Shown here: positions 58,901 to 64,000 of the stretch, in pieces
Numbering within the stretch: position 1 is the stretch's first letter
Layout of the letters: each line of letters begins with the position of its first letter
IMG/VR virus record: IMGVR_UViG_3300017730_000002
Location: 32,001 to 96,000 of that record
Reading direction: 5' to 3' (one strand)
Origin: a virus
Length of the DNA stretch: 64,000 nucleotides
Notes under the pieces: generated by a model
Seen by the model: the letters and a program-made list of their open reading frames with translations, nothing else
The model's database searches: none
Told to the model about the DNA's origin: nothing
Translations under genes and position numbers: made by a program

Positions 58901-61900
58901 CTAAACTTGTCTATATCAATGTATAAATTAGAGTTCTTTTTATTAAGATCAAATCCTAACTTACTTTTAATAGACCCTGTAAACTTTAAACCAAATGCAG
59001 ACTTCTTAGATGCAGCTCTAATAAACTCTTGTGTTCCACCTAGCAGCATCATGTGAAGCTCTTGTGAGAACTTAGATCCTTCATCTAAGTCAGCGGTATT
59101 AGTACCTCCACCTGTTTCTTTAGTAGTACCAGAATCTAAGAATAATTCAAGATTAGCATTTTGTATACGCTTGCCGCTTGTTGCAGTAGAGTTTAAAGAA
59201 TACATACTTCTTAAAAGTACTGACTTAGATGTAAAAGGATTTATGTCAGGACTAAGATAATTCATTGGATTATTTTCACTATCTATAAGATTTTGAAAAT
59301 CTTCTGCATCATTTATTTTGGATGTTCTTGTAGATACTGTATTATTTTCTATATACTCATATACTATATTTCCTTCTGCATTCTGTACACCAAATATATT
59401 AGCCGCTTCTCCAAATCTTCCTTGTAAACGTGCTATTCTATCTATCTGAGTTTTTTGAGACGTAGCAGATGTAGACGTAATGCTTTTATCTAAAGGTCTT
59501 TGAAGTGTCTTAATGGGATCCTGCAGTAAGTCAGATAATCTATCAGTTTGTGTTTTACTTAAAGGCGCATCCTGAGTGCTTACTTTATCATATACATTTT
59601 TAAGATTACCATAGATATATTCTAAACCATAAAATCTTTGACCCTCTGATGAAGTTAATTCGGTTCTTATGGTATCAATATTATCTACATATAAACCAAT
59701 TGCTCTAAGAAATTCTACAGACTTAGACGTATCAAACTTGCCATTTTTACCAAAGTCTTGGATAACCTTTTCTAAATTTAACTCTGTTATTTTTGAAGAT
59801 GGGTTCAGTGTTGTGTATGGGTTATCCATATCACTCATGTACTGATTTCTAAACGTATTAATAACATTTCTAGCATCAGCAGATGCATTATTTACTTTGG
59901 CTGTATCATCCTTAAATAAAGTTAGCTGTATATAAGGTACTCTTGACTTATTAAAATCCTGCCAGAAAGATGTAGTAGCTTTAAAGTCATAAATATTATT
60001 AGCTGCTATACTTGGGTTGGGAAGCTTAGTTGAAGTCAATTGTTTAAAAGGTGCATACATGTCACCTGCCTTAACCAGTTTATCATACATTACTTGAGGA
60101 TCAGATTCACTTGCAATAGTTCTTACAACATTATTCCACGTTAACCTAAAGTCAGCAAGCTTTTTAAATCCTAAAGAGTTTAACTTAGTCTTGCCACTCT
60201 TGTCTGTGTCATGCAGACTTTTAAGCATGTATATTGTTTCCTTACCTGCAAACTCTAATAATGATTTATCTCCAACTTTTTTATCAGCAAATCTTTCACC
60301 AACTTCTTCAGCTGTATTTTCATCCTTAGTAAGTTCATCTTCTATATATGTATCTGCTAGAATCTTATATGTACTGTTTTTCAAATGGAAACCTACCGTA
60401 CCATCTGTTGCTGTGCCATAGTTTTCTACAGCAGCTGTAAGTACTCTTATGTTTTCATCAAGCTGATCTACTACAAATTCATTCTCCTCGGCAACTTCTA
60501 CTCTTTGTGTTTTAAATTCGTTTAACTTTTCCTCAAGTCTCTCTTTTATTACATCATATAAAATAGACTTTTTACCAGGATCCAAAACTAACTTAAGAGC
60601 CATGCCTTTATTATTTTCAGAGTCAGTGCTTCTTAAATCCATAGTAACTTCATCAACTATATCAGATATAATTGAATCCATACTATCTTTAACTAAAAGA
60701 GATTCGCTTCTTGTTAAAGCTTGTTTATCGGTACCAGGTTCTGTAATACCTATGTTTCTTTCTAACTCATCAAACTGTACATTCTCAATGGTAGGTGTAT
60801 ATTTATTGAGACCTTTGTTATAATAAAGAGCTTCAAACATTTCTTGAACCATTTGAATTTCCATTACATTAGATGCATATCCTACACCAAACAACTTTTT
60901 TAAGAAATTTAATATTCTTCTAAAGAAAGTATTTCTTTTAGGAGATCCTTTTTTAGCTTTTGGATTTTTAGCATAAGTTCTAAACTCTTCTGCAAGAATT
61001 TCTTCTATTTCCTGAACACTATAATTTTTACCACCTTTTAAAGATTTTTTAACTTCTCTATATAGAGCTCTTTTTTCTTTAGGTGATAAAAACAATTGTG
61101 TAAATCCATGCCATGCTTCGTGATATAAATCAACTGATGAACCTTTCTTAGCGATCTGTATTGTACCATACTTACCTGCAAGAATACCGCCATATGAAAT
61201 AAACTTAGCAAATGCATCTGAGTTAACTATATTAACTCCTACCTCTAAATCTAAATATTTACTAAGGTCAGATTTATTCCACCAATCAATTGCTTTTTTA
61301 TTTTGCTCAGATGTACCTTTATCTTGAGTTAATGTTCCAGATCTTTCTAAACCAAATCGTTTAGCTATACCTCTTTCATAAGGTGTATTTGTTCCTGCTT
61401 TAGTTGTAGCATCATCTATTTGTTCTTCCTTAGATTTAGTCTGTCTATTTTTATACAGCTCTTTATAGTAAGGTACTCTACTATCTTCCTGAGCATAAAA
61501 ATCAGTTTCTTGAACATTGCCAATAACTTCCCCAGTAGTACTATCCACTACAGATAAGAGTTCGGGTATAAAAATTTTAGTCTTGTTATCAATTTTTTCT
61601 TCTATTACAAATGTTATAGGCGCACCTACCATAAAGGGAATTGTGACATTTCCATATTTATATTTATCAGCAAGATAGATTTTCATTGTTTGACCATCCA
61701 CAGGTGATTGAAATAGTATATATGCATAAGGACCTTTACCACCAGGTCTTTCTCCATTTTCTACTGCAGATATAGTAGTTGTAGTTACAGTACCAGCATT
61801 CTTTACAAAAGCTGCAAGAGCATCTTTTCTTTTTCTAATTTCAGATGGTTGCTTTTCTTTAGCATCTTCTAAAGATTTAGTTACTTTACTGGGTATAGCA

Positions 61901-63624
61901 AAGTTCATATATTGATTAAACACCTTTTCAGCATTAGCTGAAGATAAATCAATTTTACCACCTTTTAAGGAAGCAAGATAATCAGTGTAAGATATGCCAG
62001 ACTTTTGAAGTTCGCCTGTTTCAATATTGTAATCTACAAAAGCATCACTTGCTAAGTTACTCTCATTAAATATTATACTTATAGGATACTTTACGTTTTT
62101 AAACTCACTAGCATTCATGAGTGTATCAACTATAATAGATTTAGCTTCTGGACTTTTTAAATCGAGAGGCTTTGATTTCTCTGTAGGATTCTTTTGAAAA
62201 GTATCTTCAAAATAAGAAAACTGAATTGTTTTATTATTATCTAGATATTTTATACCATGTCTTCTTTGTTTTCTACTTTTAGTATAAGGAGATAAGAATT
62301 GCTTTATGTAAGCTGATCTTTCATTATAATCTAACTTATCATTTATTAATACCTCAGCAATTTTTTCAGCAGTAGCTTGATCAAGAGCAGGTCTATTTAC
62401 AGTAAACTGCTCACCTCTTATATTTATTGTAGACTTGTATACATTCTGTGATTTTAATGGTGTTATTGTTCTTATTGAATCCTGTAAACCAAACTTAGAA
62501 AGAGTTCCTAATGTTAAACTTTTTTGTGTATATGCGGCCTCTACACCTGCAGAGAAACCTACAAGAGCTAATGATTTTACATCACCATTAAGAATGCTTT
62601 TATTTAAATCGTATAAGCTTTTAAGCTGCTCTTGAAATATTTTTTCAGCAACTTCTTGAGTTACTTCTTGATCAGCCATAATCCTAGCAACGTTATTTGC
62701 CAATACTTCGTATCCATAAAGATTTACAGGTTTATACTTACCACCTTTCTTTACCACGTTTCTCATCATTTGATAGACAATCTGCCCACCCGTTTGAGTT
62801 ATGTTTCCGTTATTATCAAATTTAATAGGGTTACCTTCTTTATCAGCTAATACAGTTAAGATAACTTCATTTGGGTTTATTACATTTGCCTTAGACTTTC
62901 CTGCTCTTATTATAGCAGAAGCCTTCAATAAAAAGTTACCAGTTATCTTATCTAGATCCTTAACATCCATATCAGATAACTTCATAGGCTTTAGGGTAAC
63001 GTCTACTCCTTGATAAGATATAGTACCAGTTACACCTTCTTCCTGAACATCTTCAGCTTGTTGTATATTGTTAAATACAGTATAAAAAACTTTTCTTTCT
63101 TCTGAACTTTTTTGAATTAATGTTTCATCAAGTTTATTAGGATCAAGAGTTTCAAATTGTTGAAACGTTGTGCTAAATACATTAGTTGGCTCAAGCCTAA
63201 CAGGCTCAAGTCTATCTACAGATGATGGAGGTATCTTAGACGTAGTCAACTCTGTTTGAAACACAGCTTCTTTTAAAACGCTTTGACTTTGCTGTGGTGC
63301 AAAATGTTTAAGTACATTTCTTAGGCCAACGTTAGGATCAGCAAAAAGTTTATTAAGCTTAAGTATTGGATCTACATTTAGCTCAACATCATTAATAAAG
63401 TTTGGTAAGGTTGAATAAGCTTTAAACACCATTAGTGGTACAGGCTGTAAGAATTTCACAGCAGTATCAATATCTTTTGCTTTTGTAATCTTTTTAAAAA
63501 GATCTTTCATATATGCATCAGCATCAAATGGAGTATTTTCCGATTGAGCTTGCTTCATCTTTTTAGTTACAGCAGTATATATCTTTTCTAATTGTATGGG
63601 GCTAACAGCACAAATTATTTTCAT
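49906..63624 (-). CDS. Giant virion RNA polymerase polyprotein (crAss-like two-barrel RNAP) with accessory domains
   Basis: GSDFDIDK catalytic loop (~56690), DGQG, RIP motifs; HEAWH and HEYAH zincins; AlkB-like and ART-like domains. Confidence 0.85.
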   Translation of the reverse strand: MKIICAVSPIQLEKIYTAVTKKMKQAQSENTPFDADAYMKDLFKKITKAKDIDTAVKFLQPVPLMVFKAYSTLPNFINDVELNVDPILKLNKLFADPNVGLRNVLKHFAPQQSQSVLKEAVFQTELTTSKIPPSSVDRLEPVRLEPTNVFSTTFQQFETLDPNKLDETLIQKSSEERKVFYTVFNNIQQAEDVQEEGVTGTISYQGVDVTLKPMKLSDMDVKDLDKITGNFLLKASAIIRAGKSKANVINPNEVILTVLADKEGNPIKFDNNGNITQTGGQIVYQMMRNVVKKGGKYKPVNLYGYEVLANNVARIMADQEVTQEVAEKIFQEQLKSLYDLNKSILNGDVKSLALVGFSAGVEAAYTQKSLTLGTLSKFGLQDSIRTITPLKSQNVYKSTINIRGEQFTVNRPALDQATAEKIAEVLINDKLDYNERSAYIKQFLSPYTKSRKQRRHGIKYLDNNKTIQFSYFEDTFQKNPTEKSKPLDLKSPEAKSIIVDTLMNASEFKNVKYPISIIFNESNLASDAFVDYNIETGELQKSGISYTDYLASLKGGKIDLSSANAEKVFNQYMNFAIPSKVTKSLEDAKEKQPSEIRKRKDALAAFVKNAGTVTTTTISAVENGERPGGKGPYAYILFQSPVDGQTMKIYLADKYKYGNVTIPFMVGAPITFVIEEKIDNKTKIFIPELLSVVDSTTGEVIGNVQETDFYAQEDSRVPYYKELYKNRQTKSKEEQIDDATTKAGTNTPYERGIAKRFGLERSGTLTQDKGTSEQNKKAIDWWNKSDLSKYLDLEVGVNIVNSDAFAKFISYGGILAGKYGTIQIAKKGSSVDLYHEAWHGFTQLFLSPKEKRALYREVKKSLKGGKNYSVQEIEEILAEEFRTYAKNPKAKKGSPKRNTFFRRILNFLKKLFGVGYASNVMEIQMVQEMFEALYYNKGLNKYTPTIENVQFDELERNIGITEPGTDKQALTRSESLLVKDSMDSIISDIVDEVTMDLRSTDSENNKGMALKLVLDPGKKSILYDVIKERLEEKLNEFKTQRVEVAEENEFVVDQLDENIRVLTAAVENYGTATDGTVGFHLKNSTYKILADTYIEDELTKDENTAEEVGERFADKKVGDKSLLEFAGKETIYMLKSLHDTDKSGKTKLNSLGFKKLADFRLTWNNVVRTIASESDPQVMYDKLVKAGDMYAPFKQLTSTKLPNPSIAANNIYDFKATTSFWQDFNKSRVPYIQLTLFKDDTAKVNNASADARNVINTFRNQYMSDMDNPYTTLNPSSKITELNLEKVIQDFGKNGKFDTSKSVEFLRAIGLYVDNIDTIRTELTSSEGQRFYGLEYIYGNLKNVYDKVSTQDAPLSKTQTDRLSDLLQDPIKTLQRPLDKSITSTSATSQKTQIDRIARLQGRFGEAANIFGVQNAEGNIVYEYIENNTVSTRTSKINDAEDFQNLIDSENNPMNYLSPDINPFTSKSVLLRSMYSLNSTATSGKRIQNANLELFLDSGTTKETGGGTNTADLDEGSKFSQELHMMLLGGTQEFIRAASKKSAFGLKFTGSIKSKLGFDLNKKNSNLYIDIDKFSDYRGTQELINNEFILGYLASEANRIHKFKSNPEFKNYVGFNNKLTNGRMAGESFTIFDDVLTDDTKQEIYDIIDKNEGKFFDLESYLENENITLQAKIKGEINEYFNKLATEVRLKIAENDYLSKNLLEEVNKITEDPLGQQKLLAAAYVYNSWIHNFETANLLEGDLSQYNHEKEELSKRSPGTKSGGKTFRVDKAAQTFVNGHLKKTSYAEQNGKKTLRYDGSLNTAIMKDIERDSEYLDQIEKGLREFYSKNFDKARVDELVKRDLSVYKGMEEADGQGYITFDAYRSLRFLENDWSYEQEALFQKISRGEYVGINEVTEFFPPYKLFYSGSIKQAKLPVNSMHKFSLMPLIPGVMTGELESLHEQMMDKSIHYSLFKTGSKVSHIASNPEGADIIFDAENKEQDTLKGDIDFTMNTIYVEYLKNVTGVPKKFKKQTIFSTQFRKMILKDLYNRGIITDPDAKDAAERYAKLISDYEKILEEELLSEIGYRKEGDKYIGNINNFLSLVQRELGRRNVPEHQIEFVGKNVNGTLETDLSYHFKAGDIESMIINLIQKRIINQRINGESLVQVSSALTNGMWNQAEYKTASTADIQKYRGTNDLPFYRTKPEDGSTAGMKVAIAMQGSFKNLLRLDDVAVYREETYIDDSGVENTTRVLDEEASLANLNKLIKDEKWLDANNGENRKKVTIVGTRIPVGGINYMEFGEVHEFLPASAGNIIILPTEIVAKSGSDFDIDKLNIFFPNINSDGSLTEYNSSVEKTIEMANMSTEATQKKIFNTKKLALQNDIMFNMAEILSLKSNYANLVKPNATYLLKEEIADEIGDDVATYDRYANRSQGVKIKVDKNGKETKVISPTRTIEPIYNLQKHTENMIGKRVLGIVAIENALSPIINSQGGKMPKKYSPEIYDNATKRYVKAVTVVDKAGKREVIKETSLPNFIKSGWTLTDGDYNMRLFLPHNEFPDGSISISDVTAKDGNNINELYNQLLNGFVDIEKDPWVFNIQGNREVAPILLYLIKAGVPIKSAVQFVSNPYVIEYAAQQRKLGSEYSTEGVERQFVKYEAAGRTIEKIALEQNRKGSLLEFTTEDYQDITVYQYITNKNFYDVLSRRMGDKDVFTTSDMASVNRDTISNDPRANNVGLNMFLHFLEIEKQLKGLTSLKLQSNPDTTTSRTLQEIILKEANYEGLADLTKVDQQLVRKLREESILSSFRIGDLIKDIVTPVFQFRNNDRVNDFLKRELPFIRATRDEKSLLITRFKDSLMDYIFQNYQTGFVDSNGKLTSTPETYMGRKIINREGVERGAMANMTEQSDVIYVDNAKIERDFFNKAYLKNSITYPKEGLRTFNKDIFDNVIQYKKYVIAREYLRSRIPLENISSDKEFIAVKNTLKTQFNFTEENATKQAYEYFLNKEALLDSYNRSVIMGTGAYSYSQTVIDSIDRNADLKQKYPILEQLYIPKQFGDNVGIKVLSLRNISQVKKTEGLGDIYYQNLKDLADPAVKKVADRAENLRLSRLFARLPLISIYQNGTGGYNRDSMIDVLPYENFVNIMNVAGQNFTDAQSNDATFEFVFKKLLKFGKMSTDKFIDLVVDPKEYGAPIAPVQPTDQSSDLDIATLLTNGLVNTKGLKSVNVEDAEVFTKQVFTNEESKKVFDFIETLYDQTYESEHKSSDKFGRGRRSMYFSDESYSYSGTTRPANTGSVELQRLVSKITRDLGFEDGYFDMVLINEYKDGSQKIGFHTDNEPILNNKGKLNPSVVTISFGDERTMILKGKKEYKISMKSGLGLIMGKDGQINYKHGIDAEGNKSKRFSITLRHNAVKSGNIDKSTQPPAKVKTYTGLVDIKNLKGNEDTVFGSNQDGFHGGGTAGILYANDSRAYKKQKIEGKGLRVIVGQPRGFQTGTEGSSYAIQTVTDWQLPMDDPARQVPKDEIINQIKNMYDYYTKNPSRNAYVLYTTQGRNLNGYSPLEMAEMFASAGPIPSNIIFNDEFSKLMVTDQVNPEIDVLFSENPELAAIGTKEQYAEYIQSIFPNSQVKDILYHGTDENFKPFSKEKLGSYTRSSSAQEGFFFADNPSTALEYLTADPFSTYIEQDTIDANGILKTLYDKSTLEQQEEFFEKPRNVMDDDGGSFTLYAFKKGRLAKANEFYDNKIKYAVYLKPKQTGDAFQSDERIRKNLTFKEASEFIKKTREEGFSAFDGNLVKVILDMKNPGTYTQKEQTRRDKSFAAIIKEDKETNKDSSIIKNTMDPTPTDIYVVYDIDQIHILGNEADLKGFESFVSRNPEIILGPDTTGFDTKFSEELSKKIEAVLREKYPNIKLNFTNDPIGFDSSPDVFNQEMKRSQETTQKVIAELTAPLKKAASQFYAFSRKNKVAFLATMENAIKSDPYKYINVEYGGRVTLDVYALGYLLYDTYGEEILDWSTQQELKRLEEGEKSGMDPNNPQYIKDIEIAEQADKDLEYLADLEIKKIKDTISGFDNGTKTKKDLFELFVTAQNYFDIGQSMSPYITKTFPGVRRDFNLQGKEGIYTYNFINGKLDKLYERVPSKRRERAGKDPVTGEKLYKDVTYYSGEEVTSSDDRWIDAQLALKDFKNNTDRIKKGIDYVALENLEKELLKQRLKVQFQTPEQRKADLVKGRISQFELSWEHYYGPAPSSAIESGLGDLAEDILATNGITDGLRGLTSPTYFHNSNDLLERKKNEEYVKLKAKQDLVKYVLANKDEFTADDKDINTAGDIMAPVPGWFLNAVTAESSGKLFKDLNNGIAEGVLSMTATDQWDKVQESLFTGYEAPFQKLADLTDLNSRLTNKLVYGSTTNVFSDLYLLNQTYKDKIIGQANIKAMTVLIDAANQKQDTLPHEYAHHYIAYFRDNELVQEGIRRFGGEEALVQAIGEQVVAQKGEALNWWKKFTKWLLNLLSNKQVLQILTDSFLTRRNLNTDFTTDTTTGDQPPGYLSGRVVRNPDGTLRMDQRDLSKFEEDVKKEFGPKGKPPIDRTDDFCGF

Positions 63625-63627
63625 GTC

Positions 63628-64000
63628 TTAACAGTCTAGGTCATCTAATAAATTATCTTCAGCATCTTCTGCTGAAATATTAGAATCATTTATTTCTTTT
63701 AATTTAGCATCATTTGCAAGAAGCTCTGATGTAGCAGTTGTTGTCTCTTTACCAAAGTTTTCTTCTTCTTTAGTTACATTTTGTTCAAAAGACTTTGGAT
63801 CATTTAACGCATCATTTGATAAATAGTTATCATTTATTTGATCAAGAGTTAACGTCATAACTGAACCATCGTTAGATTTAACTGTAATTTTATTACCATC
63901 TATTTTTGAAACTTTCACAATACCATCTTTTTCTACAAATATATCACCTTTGGATTTACCTTTAGTTTTTATTACATCTAATTTAGCAATTACTTCGCTA
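63628..64000 (-). CDS. C-terminus of another large cargo protein (truncated by window)
   Basis: Frame is open to the window end; ends ...LLDDLDC*. Confidence 0.7.
   Translation of the reverse strand, partial: SEVIAKLDVIKTKGKSKGDIFVEKDGIVKVSKIDGNKITVKSNDGSVMTLTLDQINDNYLSNDALNDPKSFEQNVTKEEENFGKETTTATSELLANDAKLKEINDSNISAEDAEDNLLDDLDC

Noticed and set aside
47728-63013. Short plus-strand ORFs inside the giant genes (and similar antisense ORFs elsewhere)
   Set aside because: Antisense shadows of long, well-supported ORFs with Ser/Leu/Phe-rich composition
44047-63624. Stop-codon reassignment as in some crAss-like phages
   Set aside because: Giant ORFs are intact in the standard code, TAG and TGA both end genes, and the only tRNA is Arg(TCT), not a suppressor
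1-64000. Prophage, integrase, transposon or diversity-generating retroelement
   Set aside because: No integrase, transposase, reverse transcriptase or TR/VR pair seen, and no flanking bacterial housekeeping context

Overview
AT-rich segment of a large lytic dsDNA phage of the crAss-like (Crassvirales-related) type. The host is most likely a Bacteroidota/Flavobacteriia species, judging from TAnnTTTG-type promoters, A-rich translation starts without Shine-Dalgarno sequences, and a T9SS-cargo-like gene. There are three blocks. (1) 1-9.7 kb, minus strand: late genes (PD-(D/E)XK nuclease, IHF/HU-like protein, amidase/holin/spanin lysis cassette, metallophosphoesterase, LamG and other structural proteins, GroES). 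(2) 9.9-43.8 kb, plus strand: an early region built from 12 copies of a fixed-length TTTC-N9-AnTT motif that separates tiny genes and hairpin-rich non-coding units, then about 1.5 kb of ORF-free structured sequence including a ~0.8 kb giant ncRNA candidate, then many small genes, tRNA-Arg(TCT) flanked by structured RNAs, and replication/repair genes (SF2 helicase, ClpS, SplB-like radical SAM, UDG, DnaB, primase, vWA/MoxR pair, PolB). (3) 43.9-64 kb, minus strand: giant virion cargo proteins, including a 4572-aa virion RNA polymerase (DFDID) fused to zincin, AlkB-like and ADP-ribosyltransferase-like domains. The main leads are the early motif/small-RNA cassette array, the large structured RNAs, and the cysteines of the giant proteins, which occur only at their termini in a pattern compatible with a head-to-tail disulfide chain. 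All calls come from motif reading and manual base-pairing; no database searches or folding programs were run.
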